The notes: generated by a model from the sequence alone, not told the origin. 64,000 bases of DNA from Bacteroidaceae bacterium (GCA_024401115.1 JAKSLP010000007.1:13869-77868), one strand, 5' to 3'; positions 10,528 to 20,161 are shown, numbered from the stretch's first letter. Program-made: numbers and translations.

Positions 10528-10538
10528 CGTTATTCTTG

Positions 10539-11345
10539 TTACATATCCTTAATCTTCTTTGGCTGTGAGGTCACAGTCAGTGTTTCGCCTTTCTCCAGCG
10601 CCTTGGCTATATCGTTTGAACCGTCGGTAATTTTCCAGGCACTCATCTCATCGCCCATCGATTCCTTCAGTTTCAGCTCACCGATGTACTTGCCATCCTT
10701 CAGCACATACGCGCGCATGTCGCGAATCAGTCCGTGACCGTCACCCATGTCCACATAGCACTGGTTGTCCTTAATCTTACCGTTCTTCTGCTCCACGCCC
10801 TTTTGCAGCACGGTGCCCTTGATAGGCAGCGCCTCCAGAATGAAAAGGCTGATGGCCTTTCTCAGGTGGCTGGCAGCGTATACACGGTGCTCATCTGTAG
10901 AGACATGAGAGGATTCCACGGTTACGGAGTACGATTTCAACAGCTTATGAGCCACCAGCTTGTTGGTGCGCTTGTCAATGATTTCACACTGAGCCTGAAC
11001 CGATACGGCCTCCTGATGGCCATTGGTCTTCTCCAGGTTTATAAACAAACCACGCAACAGGTAATCGGCATCTCCGGTAGTGCTGATGCTGATCCAGGGC
11101 AGATCACTCACACCCTGTACTACCGCTTCCTGCATCTGGGGCTGCATGGACTTGTCCTGAACACTCAGGCTGTTGTTACCGTTCGATGAAGGCACAGCAG
11201 TCAGAAAACCCAATGCCTGTCTCATGACACTTGGCTTCTTATACTCGAACTCAGCCACTTCCATGCTGATGTTCTGGGGCAGAGTCTGCGCATAAACACC
11301 CGTGCACAGCACACACAGGAGTAATGCGGATAACCATCTTTTCAT
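10539..11345 (-). CDS. hypothetical secreted protein
   Basis: Signal peptide ending VYAQ; same two-part layout as 9658-10527; 11 nt from the next gene. Confidence 0.6.
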   Translation of the reverse strand: MKRWLSALLLCVLCTGVYAQTLPQNISMEVAEFEYKKPSVMRQALGFLTAVPSSNGNNSLSVQDKSMQPQMQEAVVQGVSDLPWISISTTGDADYLLRGLFINLEKTNGHQEAVSVQAQCEIIDKRTNKLVAHKLLKSYSVTVESSHVSTDEHRVYAASHLRKAISLFILEALPIKGTVLQKGVEQKNGKIKDNQCYVDMGDGHGLIRDMRAYVLKDGKYIGELKLKESMGDEMSAWKITDGSNDIAKALEKGETLTVTSQPKKIKDM

Positions 11346-11368
11346 AATCGCAACGATTAGTTATATTA

Positions 11369-11929
11369 TTATTTCTTAACGAACTCTGCGCGGTCGCCCT
11401 TCTTTACGAATTCACCGGCAAAGGTAACATTCAGGTATTTCTCCACCTGGTTAAAGTACTGGTCCACATCATCCGATCTCACGCCCTTATTATCAAAGAC
11501 CTGACTGCTTATACCCTGACCTAATACAATCACATCATTGTTAACATTCAGAAAGGCAGGAATGAATGCAGGAGTAGATACTGAAAGGTCGAATTTCTTC
11601 TGGCTGGCTTTGGTTTCCTCGTAGTCAGCTTTCTTGGTCATCTGGAAGACCACCTTTATTTCAATGGGCAACTTATCGCTTCTGTCGTCAATCAGTATCT
11701 CACCTTTTGTATTGGGGGTAATGGTCTTGGTGGTACCGTCCATGCCGGTATAGGTAGCCTTGATATCCACAAATTTCAGGACATCGCCACCAAACTGAGC
11801 AGTAGCGGCAAATAAGGTACTCTTGTATTTATACAGGTCCTCGAATGGATCATCCTTGGAACTGCTGCACGCGGTGAACAGCATGGCAAATGCCAGCATC
11901 ACGCCAACGATAGATAAAAACTTCTTCAT
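11369..11929 (-). CDS. hypothetical lipoprotein
   Basis: Lipobox-like LFTACSSS after the signal peptide; same operon as the two genes downstream. Confidence 0.6.
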   Translation of the reverse strand: MKKFLSIVGVMLAFAMLFTACSSSKDDPFEDLYKYKSTLFAATAQFGGDVLKFVDIKATYTGMDGTTKTITPNTKGEILIDDRSDKLPIEIKVVFQMTKKADYEETKASQKKFDLSVSTPAFIPAFLNVNNDVIVLGQGISSQVFDNKGVRSDDVDQYFNQVEKYLNVTFAGEFVKKGDRAEFVKK

Positions 11930-11964
11930 AATAAGTATTTTAATTAGATTTTAAACCGTTAATT

Positions 11965-12423
11965 TTATCGGGTAAATTCACGTCCGCACTTATTACAGGT
12001 ATACACGTCCCTGTTTCGCGGACGCTGCCAGCGCCACAGTCCTATTACACCGACCAGCGCGACAGAGATGAACCATATTTTGATGAAGGATGCGGCAATG
12101 CTCAGCACGATGATGGTGCACATCAGCAGCATTTCTGCCACAGGGCCATGCTTTTCGCTGACTCTCCGGGCAGTAATCTGGTCGGAACCGCATTCGGGGC
12201 ACCATGGTAGGAAATCCTTCTGTTCCTTCTCGTACTTTTTCAAAACCTCTGTTGCCCTGTCAAAGTCGATATCCTCTACCAGGACCTCTACCGGTACTGT
12301 TCCACCCAGGTAAATCTTGTTCAGACCCTCTTCCCTGGATTCACATCCGATACCCATTTCCTGAAGACGTGCCATCAGGTTTTCTGCGTCAACATTGTTG
12401 TTGCATGAAGTGAGATGTTTCAT
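11965..12423 (-). CDS. DUF2007-like domain plus zinc-ribbon membrane protein
   Basis: N-terminal ENLMARLQEMGIGCE fold-like segment; CPECG...CNKCG cysteine pairs flank two hydrophobic helices. Confidence 0.5.
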   Translation of the reverse strand: MKHLTSCNNNVDAENLMARLQEMGIGCESREEGLNKIYLGGTVPVEVLVEDIDFDRATEVLKKYEKEQKDFLPWCPECGSDQITARRVSEKHGPVAEMLLMCTIIVLSIAASFIKIWFISVALVGVIGLWRWQRPRNRDVYTCNKCGREFTR

Positions 12424-12677
12424 AGTCGAGTCATTTATGTTTCTGTTGCAAATTTACACAAGTAATTCCATCAATTCAAGTATTCCTTTAATTATATTTG
12501 GGATAATCTATAAAAATATGTAATAAGGAATACACCGGGCCATTACATAGTAACCTTGATAATTATCAAAAATACCGCCTTTTGCTGAAAATAGACGTTC
12601 GCCTGACATGGAATGCTTATATTTTTTGTTTAAATTCGCATTCGTTTTACGGGATAATTTATTTTTTTAAGACAACC

Positions 12678-14036
12678 ATGACAGTATTTCCTATGATTAT
12701 CATAGCCTTATTTGTCGTAGGCTATGCATTTATCGCCCTGGAAAGTGTAACCAAGATCAACAAGGCAGCTATTGCCCTGCTGATGTGTGTGTTCTGCTGG
12801 TCTTTCTATGCCATTGGCGGACTGACTGGAATGATTCCCGAGGGCAACCTGTTCGGACAGGGAGGTTTTCAATCGGCAAGTGAATTAGGTAAATTAGTAG
12901 AAGAATGTTTAGGCGAAGCGGGTACAACCCTTTTCTTCCTGATGGGCGCCATGACCGTGGTGGAGATTGTGGACCAGCATGGCGGCTTGAATTTTGTGAG
13001 CGACCTGATTATGTCACGTCATAAACGCAAGCTACTGTGGAGAATGGTATTCATGACCGCACTTCTGTCGGCTGTGCTGGACAACCTTACCACCAGTATC
13101 GTGATGGTGATGATTCTACGCAAGCTTATACCGGACTTGAAGGACCGTCTGTGGTACGATGTGGCGGTGATTCTGGCTGCCAATTCCGGCGGTGCTTTCT
13201 CTCCTATTGGTGATGTGACTACCATCATGCTGTGGAACGGTAAGCAGATTACGGCCGGTGGCGTTATCTCACACGTCATACTGCCTTCATTGATCAGCTT
13301 TGTATTGCCTACCCTCCTCATCTCCCGTCATCTGCACGGGGCATTCGTATTAAGCACCACCAAGGAACAGCGCGCTGCCGCACGCCCCAGTTATTGTACA
13401 CGACGCCAGCGTACGGAGATCTTTATCATTGGCGTTGGCGGATTGTGCCTGGTACCTCTGTTCCATCTGTACACCGAACTGCCTCCATTCATGGGCATCC
13501 TGTTTGTCCTGGGCATGCTGTGGATTGCTACCGAGATTTTCTACCGCAAGAAAGATGAGAACGACCCTATGGCCAAGCGTGTGAGCATGGTGCTGGGAAA
13601 GATAGACCTGACTACCATTCTGTTCTTCCTGGGCATCCTGATGGCTGTCTCTGTTCTTGGACGCATTAATGCGCTCACAACCCTGGGAACATGGCTGAAC
13701 GAGGTGAGCGGAGGTGACAGTTATCTGGTGACCGGTGTTATCGGTATTCTGTCGAGTATCGTGGATAACGTGCCGCTGGTGGCAGCGTCTATGGGTATGT
13801 ATGATGTGACACCCGAGGTGGCTGCTTTTGCACAGGACGGTATTTTCTGGCAACTGCTTGCTTACTGTGCCGGTGTTGGTGGTTCCATGCTTATTATCGG
13901 ATCGGCTGCCGGGGTAGTGGTCATGGGGCTGGAGGAAATCAGTTTCGGTTGGTATATGAAGCATGTCACCTGGATTGCCTTAGTGGGGTATCTGGCAGGT
14001 ATGGCAGTATACGCTCTTCAGACATTTGTTTTCTAA
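12678..14036 (+). CDS. NhaD/ArsB-family Na+/H+ antiporter
   Basis: Polytopic membrane protein; LDNLTTSIVMV and SSIVDNVPLVAA motifs of the NhaD family; start taken at the ATG at 12678 (MTVFPMII). Confidence 0.8.
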   Translation: MTVFPMIIIALFVVGYAFIALESVTKINKAAIALLMCVFCWSFYAIGGLTGMIPEGNLFGQGGFQSASELGKLVEECLGEAGTTLFFLMGAMTVVEIVDQHGGLNFVSDLIMSRHKRKLLWRMVFMTALLSAVLDNLTTSIVMVMILRKLIPDLKDRLWYDVAVILAANSGGAFSPIGDVTTIMLWNGKQITAGGVISHVILPSLISFVLPTLLISRHLHGAFVLSTTKEQRAAARPSYCTRRQRTEIFIIGVGGLCLVPLFHLYTELPPFMGILFVLGMLWIATEIFYRKKDENDPMAKRVSMVLGKIDLTTILFFLGILMAVSVLGRINALTTLGTWLNEVSGGDSYLVTGVIGILSSIVDNVPLVAASMGMYDVTPEVAAFAQDGIFWQLLAYCAGVGGSMLIIGSAAGVVVMGLEEISFGWYMKHVTWIALVGYLAGMAVYALQTFVF

Positions 14037-14302
14037 GTAAACTTTAGAAAGCCTTCTTATGGGCTTTATTTAGGTGATTATTTTCATGTTGACCCCGAAG
14101 GTATTGATTTACTTTCGGGGTCAAATAGTATATTGTTGTCAATATTTATATAGTTGAACATGAAAGTAAAAAATAGCAAATACAATATGTCAAGAACAAA
14201 ATATATGATTCAATTTATAAATAATAAAGGAATATTTGATTTATTAAAATACATATTTTATTTTACATTTTACACAAATTCACAAAAAAATATATAAGCA
14301 AA

Positions 14303-14467
14303 GCGTGACAACGTGACAGCGTGACAGTGATTTTTATGGCACTACTCTATTTCTTAGTCTTTATCAAAATTTATCTATATATATATTATATAATATATAT
14401 ATAAAATTATATTTGAGTTTTTGGGGAGTCGTATAAAATTTGCTGTCACGCTGTCACGTTGTCACGC
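14303..14467. repeat. perfect 25-bp inverted repeat (3 x RCGTGACA per arm) flanking a 115-bp AT-rich core
   Basis: The left arm 14303-14327 (GCGTGACAACGTGACAGCGTGACAG) is the exact reverse complement of 14443-14467. The core contains an ATCTATATATATATTATATAATATATATATA run. Confidence 0.92.
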
Positions 14468-14680
14468 TTCAAAAGTATTTATTGCTGATTATAAGCGTAA
14501 TAAGCATTTTAAGGTAGGATAATCAATAAAAACTCGGAACAAAAAGAAATTATTTTACTGAATATAAAACGTAAGTGCTAAAGTTCGTTCGTCACACCGG
14601 AAACATGAGCAACATTGCAGTAAAATACGATTTTATGGCGGTTTTCTTAAAAATATATTGACTAACCCTTCATTATTTCG

Positions 14681-14688
14681 TAACTTTG
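14681..14688 (+). promoter_or_regulatory. orphan -7 box TAACTTTG with TTG 20 nt upstream
   Basis: Exact TAnnTTTG inside the ORF-free spacer. The only downstream ORF is a 14-codon one at 14691-14735. Confidence 0.35.
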
Positions 14689-14887
14689 CTATGTCAAAAG
14701 AAAACATAGCGATTCATGGCAGTGCCTTGGGATAACAAGCTAGCATGTTGTCCTCTCGGCTTGCACTAGAATAGTATTGTGATTCAAAAAAGAGAGTTTC
14801 TCTTATGTCTGATGGCGGTTTCCTATGATGACTTGGCCCCGAAATCTAAGAAGACTAAAAAAAGGATAAGAAAAACACTCAATGTTT

Positions 14888-14990
14888 GTCATGTTGAGCA
14901 GAGCTCGAGCGCTTCGTTTCACTCAGAATGACAATGGTTGGACAAAGAGAGAGAATGACAAAGGGAAAACAAAAAGAGAAAACTATGGAG
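14888..14990. repeat. GTCAT(T/G)(C/T)TGAGC intergenic hairpin element, copy A
   Basis: gtcatgttgagcagagctcgagcgcttcgtttcactcagaatgac hairpin plus a GACAAAGAGAGAGAATGACAAAGG tail. Confidence 0.75.
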
Positions 14991-15157
14991 TTTTTTCCAA
15001 AACCAACAATCTAACCCGCATGAAAACATAATGCCGAATGGCCGTCTGTTGATGCTTCGCATCCATTTGAACCATCGCCTCGGCATAGTTCAAACAAGTT
15101 TGACTCTGCACTCGACTTAGGCACAAATTGACCGTTGTTAATAAAAATAGACAAAAA

Positions 15158-15186
15158 ATACCGGCTACATTACTGTAGCCGGTATT
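15158..15186. terminator. hairpin terminator downstream of the 15200-16939 gene
   Basis: AATACCGGCTACA-TTA-TGTAGCCGGTATT 13-bp stem. Confidence 0.65.
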
Positions 15187-15199
15187 CTATTGAAATGGA

Positions 15200-16939
15200 T
15201 TATTTTACGTAATCTGCATGACGGAGGAAGAGAGCACTCTCACGAACACCCTTCAGGGCATTTGGAGTGCTGGTGTGGTCGATGTCCACTACATAGTCCT
15301 TCACACCGGCCTTGGCAAAAGCATTGAAGATAGGCTCGAAACCTACCATGCCGCTCTTACCTAAATCGTCCTGATCACTGATGTGTACCAGAGCAAAACG
15401 ACCTGGGTATTTCTGTAGCAGGGCCACAGGGCTCACGCCACCACGAACGGTCCAGAAGGTATCCAACTCGAATGATACCTTGTCCTTATCGGTGTGTTGA
15501 ATCAGATACTCCAGTTTGGTGCTGTCGCCCATTGGGCCTACCTCGTTCATGCCGTTGTGGAAATGGAACGTAATGCCGGCGGCCTTACACTTGTCTCCGA
15601 TGGCATTCAGCAAGTTAGCCAAAGATTTAATCTGGGCCTCGGACTGCACCTCGGGGTTGTTGATGTACACGATATTAGGAATGCCGGCTGCCTTATGCGC
15701 TGCAATGCACTGATCCCACCAGCTCAACGTCTCCTGGAAACGGCCGTTTTCCAAATCGGATGCGCTTGGGGTGTGGCGGCACAATGAGGACATCATGGTC
15801 AGACCTGCCTTCTTCATGATTCCTGCCATCTCGGTTGGCGAATATCCCAGGAACTGACCGTTGTCGTAACCAAACATCTCCACTCCGGTGTAACCCATCT
15901 GGATAAGGCGCTCCAGTACATAAGGATGGTTCTGAGCAAACAGCTCGTGGGTGCCAATCTGATTGTGCAGGACATGCAACTGCAGGTTGATGTTCTTCTT
16001 TGGGGCATTGATCTCGTCCAGCAGACGGTAGCGGATGAACGCAAACTTCTTGCTGTCTGGACTCCAGGAGTTGACATTGATACTTCCCTGACCGCCAAAC
16101 ATTTCCAGCAATGTCTCCGGCTGTCCGCCCTGGGCTGGAATCATGCGCAACTGCACGTTCAAATCGGCCACATGTGAGCCAGGATCTATCTCGTAATCGT
16201 GGTAAGCGATATACACCACCTTCTTGCCGTCGGGACTGATATGTGGGAACCACGAGTTCATATCCTCGTCGAAAGTCATCTGGGTCTGCTCCTTGCCGTT
16301 GGCCTTCATTCGCCAAGCCTGCATACGGCCCGAGCGCACACTGTTGAACCAGATGTACTTGCCGTCCATGCTGTATTCAGGACCGTCATCCAGTCCCGGT
16401 GCATCGGTCAGACGGATTTCCTTACCGCCCTTAACCGGCATCACCCATACATCCTGCTCCTGATTGGGGCCTCGGAATGCGCAATAGGCTGCCCACTTTC
16501 CATCGGGACTGATACCGTGCAGATAGCTTGGGCCTAACGGAGTGATACGGTGGGGTTCGCCACCTTCTACTGGTACAAAATATACATACGAGTTGTAGCG
16601 CTTTTCGTTGGGATCGCTACTGCTCATACCAATCATCTTTCCATCGGCTGAGATGACATGGTCGTTGTTGGCACGATTGATGGTACCGGTATTGACCTCC
16701 TGCAGCTCTCCCTTTCCGTCAGCTGCCAGTTTGTACAGCTTGCCGTTCTTATTCAGCAGCAGCCATTTACCATCGGGCGACCAATTGGGTGCCTCTATCA
16801 CGTCAGAAAATTCCTTGATCACCTGATGCGTTTTGGTCTCTACGTCATAGATTTCCAGGATACTCATCTCTGGATTCGGATGCTGGGCAAATGCCATGAC
16901 TGGCGCCAGCAGTGAAATGCCTAAAAATATGTGCTTCAT
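15200..16939 (-). CDS. TolB-like beta-propeller fused to xylose-isomerase-like TIM-barrel (sugar phosphate isomerase/epimerase) domain
   Basis: Signal peptide; repeated SPDGK PD40 motifs in the N-terminal half; C-terminal half has the TIM-barrel isomerase/epimerase pattern (GYTGVEMF...HFHNG...VHISD). Confidence 0.7.
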   Translation of the reverse strand: MKHIFLGISLLAPVMAFAQHPNPEMSILEIYDVETKTHQVIKEFSDVIEAPNWSPDGKWLLLNKNGKLYKLAADGKGELQEVNTGTINRANNDHVISADGKMIGMSSSDPNEKRYNSYVYFVPVEGGEPHRITPLGPSYLHGISPDGKWAAYCAFRGPNQEQDVWVMPVKGGKEIRLTDAPGLDDGPEYSMDGKYIWFNSVRSGRMQAWRMKANGKEQTQMTFDEDMNSWFPHISPDGKKVVYIAYHDYEIDPGSHVADLNVQLRMIPAQGGQPETLLEMFGGQGSINVNSWSPDSKKFAFIRYRLLDEINAPKKNINLQLHVLHNQIGTHELFAQNHPYVLERLIQMGYTGVEMFGYDNGQFLGYSPTEMAGIMKKAGLTMMSSLCRHTPSASDLENGRFQETLSWWDQCIAAHKAAGIPNIVYINNPEVQSEAQIKSLANLLNAIGDKCKAAGITFHFHNGMNEVGPMGDSTKLEYLIQHTDKDKVSFELDTFWTVRGGVSPVALLQKYPGRFALVHISDQDDLGKSGMVGFEPIFNAFAKAGVKDYVVDIDHTSTPNALKGVRESALFLRHADYVK

Positions 16940-16974
16940 ATTAGGTTTTCTTTGGGATAGTGATTTATCAAAAA

Positions 16975-17946
16975 TTACTTATTCATCTGGGGTGCCTGGT
17001 ACTCTGCTGAAGGCTGATTGCCCAGTACCACTGGCCATCCATCCACCCAGTGAACCTGGTCCATCAGCAGCTTACGGCCCTTGGGATCCTTTACGGATAC
17101 GGCATGATAGAACAGCCAGTCCTGACCTGCTGCATCTGTCACAATCTCGGAATTATGGCCGGTACCCTTGAACTGGTCGTTTCCGGTAATCATCAACTCG
17201 TGGCGGTTTTCCAGCATGGATTTACCCGCCAGGTCTACATAAGGGCCGAACAATGAGGTGGAACGACCCACTACCGTGGCATAGGTGCTGTTTACGCCCT
17301 CGCAACAGGAACCGGTGGATGCAAACAGGTAGTAACAACCGTCACGCTTATGGATATAGGTGCCCTCGTATGCCGTACCAGCCACTTGAACGGGTTTGGC
17401 TCCGGGTTTCAGGTCCAGTCCGTCTTCTGTCAGCTCAACACCGAAGATGCCGTGGAAACTGCCGAAGAACAGATACTTGGAACCGTTGTCCTCTATGTAG
17501 AACGGATCAATGCAATTCTGGATACCTATCTCGCTGCTACGGAATAGTTTACCCTTGTCCTCAAATGGTCCGGTAGGATTGTCGGATACCGCACGACCAA
17601 TTCCAGCCTCCCATTCTCCGCCCCAGGTGGACATGCTGTAGAACAGCACATACTTCCCGCCTATCCGGTTGATGTCTGGAGCCCAGATGCCACCTTTCTC
17701 TACAAAATTGGGACGGGTTTCATTGGTAAATGCAGTCCCCTGTAAATCCCAATGAATCAGGTCGTTCGATTTGTAAATGGGTACATTCCTGATATCTTCG
17801 GTGGAATACAGGTAAAAGGCACCGTCTGCGCCCTTAATGACGGTAGGATCGGGTAAACTACGGTCGATTACCGGATTCTGATAGGTTTGTGCCGTGGCAA
17901 ATGCGGACATCATGCATGCCATAGCCAGGATTACGTGCTTTTTCAT
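16975..17946 (-). CDS. glycoside hydrolase family 43
   Basis: Signal peptide from MKKHVILAMA (ATG at 17946); DPTVIKGADGAFYLYST, GGIWAPD and FYIEDNG motifs. Confidence 0.85.
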   Translation of the reverse strand: MKKHVILAMACMMSAFATAQTYQNPVIDRSLPDPTVIKGADGAFYLYSTEDIRNVPIYKSNDLIHWDLQGTAFTNETRPNFVEKGGIWAPDINRIGGKYVLFYSMSTWGGEWEAGIGRAVSDNPTGPFEDKGKLFRSSEIGIQNCIDPFYIEDNGSKYLFFGSFHGIFGVELTEDGLDLKPGAKPVQVAGTAYEGTYIHKRDGCYYLFASTGSCCEGVNSTYATVVGRSTSLFGPYVDLAGKSMLENRHELMITGNDQFKGTGHNSEIVTDAAGQDWLFYHAVSVKDPKGRKLLMDQVHWVDGWPVVLGNQPSAEYQAPQMNK

Positions 17947-18019
17947 GTCTATTTGTTGTAGATTATCCGCAAAGATAGTAAAAAAAAAGGAAGTGGAAAA
18001 ATCCACTTCCTTTATCTTT

Positions 18020-19366
18020 TTATTCATTGAACCATTCCGGTGTTATCGAATTGCGCTCTGACTTCCACTGCTTGGTAGTTTTCATGGCGATAATCATTGG
18101 AACTTCACCCTGCTTAGGGAATGGAATCTCTACATATCCGCCATTCTTGCCCTGTACGGTAGCTGAGATGTTGTGGGTGTCAGGATTCCAACCTTTGATT
18201 TCTGTGGTCAGATCCATATCCTTACCCAATGCTGGCTCTGTCCAAGGTAATGTGGTGTTCCCGATTTTAACTTGATATGGAAGTGTACCTCCCAGATGCT
18301 TCAACGTTGCCTTTTGAGTCCAATCGCCAATTACAGTCTTTTCAGGGATAAGCTTACCTTCTGCATCATATTCAAAATGTACATGACGGGTTTCATTGAC
18401 ATCGATAACGATATCGTTGAAATCGAAATCATCTGTTGCACCCAGGTCCTCAATCATGTAACGGCATTCCTTTACTTCGTCATAATCCTCGATACGCTCT
18501 GGAGTTGGGATGTCTGGCTTACCGTATACCATGAATACAACATCGTTATAGTCCCAGTCTGAACGGCTCAAATTGGCGTCTTCGCAACCGATGATCATTA
18601 CTTTGCTGCCTTCAGTGATATTGGTTGGATATTTATCAGTTGGAACATTCAGCGCCAGCATCATGTGCTCGATAGAGGTCTGCTTCTTTCCTGTCTTTGC
18701 CCAATTGTCTACACCATAGGTGATGACCAGGTAGAAGTAGAACTCGGTACCCTGAGGAACACCGCTTACGGTGTATTGGATGGCTTCAACCTCATCTGCA
18801 TCCATTGTATGGCTTCCTGCATCAAGGTTAGTCCACTGGCCGTTTATCTTTTGTCTCATGCTTTGTCCCTTTCTCCAGATCAGCACATCCTCGGTGGTCT
18901 TATCTGCTCCTACGGTTACCATGTGCAAATCCCACGTCATTCCGGCCTGACCTACATAGATAGGTACAATGGTGAATGTATTGTTTGGCATGCTCATCTT
19001 AAATGGGTTGCCTAAACCGCTGTTATTCTGACTTTCTTTCAGGGTGTTCTTCATCCATCCCAGTGTTTTTTTGTCTACTCTGTACCAATCGGTACTTGGG
19101 GTAATTGTCGGCTTAGCTACACGTGTAGCCTTGGTAGCGGTCTGTGTTCCTGGCAAAATAGCCTCAGAAGGATTGGTGTAGTCCCAGATTTGGGTTGGGC
19201 TGATGGTTCCAAACTTCTTCACGAAATTAGCAGCGTACTCTGCCTTTACATTCTTCTCGGCTTGTTCAGGATCGTACAGGTTCTTATCGGCTGTACATGA
19301 AGTGATGCTCATTCCTGCCATGGCAGCTACTGCCAGCATGGAAACGCTTTTCATAAAAGTATTCAT
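18020..19366 (-). CDS. LruC-domain lipoprotein
   Basis: Lipoprotein signal (SITSC); duplicated acidic motifs SDWDYNDVVF and DDFDFNDIVIDV characteristic of LruC/DUF4842 proteins. Confidence 0.6.
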   Translation of the reverse strand: MNTFMKSVSMLAVAAMAGMSITSCTADKNLYDPEQAEKNVKAEYAANFVKKFGTISPTQIWDYTNPSEAILPGTQTATKATRVAKPTITPSTDWYRVDKKTLGWMKNTLKESQNNSGLGNPFKMSMPNNTFTIVPIYVGQAGMTWDLHMVTVGADKTTEDVLIWRKGQSMRQKINGQWTNLDAGSHTMDADEVEAIQYTVSGVPQGTEFYFYLVITYGVDNWAKTGKKQTSIEHMMLALNVPTDKYPTNITEGSKVMIIGCEDANLSRSDWDYNDVVFMVYGKPDIPTPERIEDYDEVKECRYMIEDLGATDDFDFNDIVIDVNETRHVHFEYDAEGKLIPEKTVIGDWTQKATLKHLGGTLPYQVKIGNTTLPWTEPALGKDMDLTTEIKGWNPDTHNISATVQGKNGGYVEIPFPKQGEVPMIIAMKTTKQWKSERNSITPEWFNE

Positions 19367-19382
19367 AGTTATTTAGTTTTAG

Positions 19383-20102
19383 TTATTTCCAATCATGATT
19401 TACGGTTACTTCGCTGGTGCTTGCCACTGGCTTTGGGGCGTTGTGCTTGAACTGTGCGGTCTTTACGCCTGAGAATGAATCCCATTCCAGTTCGATGGTT
19501 ACGTCCTTATCATAAGCGGCACGGTCGAACATCTTGAAGGCTACAAATGAATCTCTCTCACGGCCTATCTTGTCACCCTTGGCATCGTGGTACAGGCGGA
19601 ACTTCAACGGATGATCGGCATCGCTTACATTCACCATATTAATATAATGGGTAGCGCCCTGTCCGAAGATGGTGCTGAAGTGCAGGGTCATGTATCCGTC
19701 CTCGGCTACAGTGCACCAGTCGTTGAACAGCTCTACCGGGTCGCTGCCGTAAGCGGTGGCATTCTCTGCGCCCTTGTTCTCGGCCAGATCCTTAGTCAGC
19801 ATGTCGTCCATCCAGGTCACGTTTACATCGGTCATGCCAGCTGAGGTCTGAGTCCCGTTTTTATAATAACGTACGAATGCGCGAACCTCCTTATCGAATG
19901 GAGAATGGGTGATATTGGTTGGATGCAGTACAGTATTCTCGTCCACTCTCAGAGCCATGCCTGCCTGACCGGTGCCGGGAACTACGGTTACTACTGCCAG
20001 ATACTCTGTTGGGTTATCTTCATTCTTACTACAAGATGTCATTGTGGTACCAAGGCCCAGGGCCATCATCAACAATACGAATAAACTGAATAGCTTTTTC
20101 AT
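19383..20102 (-). CDS. NigD-like lipoprotein
   Basis: Lipobox MTSCSKNED; length and layout (AVVTVVP...RAFVRY...) typical of Bacteroidales NigD-like proteins. Confidence 0.55.
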   Translation of the reverse strand: MKKLFSLFVLLMMALGLGTTMTSCSKNEDNPTEYLAVVTVVPGTGQAGMALRVDENTVLHPTNITHSPFDKEVRAFVRYYKNGTQTSAGMTDVNVTWMDDMLTKDLAENKGAENATAYGSDPVELFNDWCTVAEDGYMTLHFSTIFGQGATHYINMVNVSDADHPLKFRLYHDAKGDKIGRERDSFVAFKMFDRAAYDKDVTIELEWDSFSGVKTAQFKHNAPKPVASTSEVTVNHDWK

Positions 20103-20153
20103 AATGGTAAATTTTAATTCTTTTTTATTGAGTATTTAAGTTTTTTGTTGATG

Positions 20154-20161
20154 CAAAGTTA
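20154..20161 (-). promoter_or_regulatory. -7 box TAACTTTG for the NigD-like/LruC/GH43 operon
   Basis: Exact TAnnTTTG 52 nt upstream of the ATG at 20102. Confidence 0.5.

Noticed and set aside
13350-13964. 204-aa minus-strand ORF.
   Set aside because: It is antisense to the NhaD antiporter gene. Its composition is His/Gln-rich and not protein-like.
14303-14467. Invertible promoter (inverton) driving a flanking gene.
   Set aside because: Both flanking genes converge on this spacer, so there is no gene start for an inverted promoter to serve, and no exact TAnnTTTG box lies inside. Inversion itself is not excluded and is kept as an alternative in the finding.
15693-16316. 207-aa ORF on the same strand as the TolB-TIM fusion gene.
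   Set aside because: It lies in an alternative frame inside a gene with strong motif support. The translation is Arg/Pro/Gly-rich, a frame-shift artefact.
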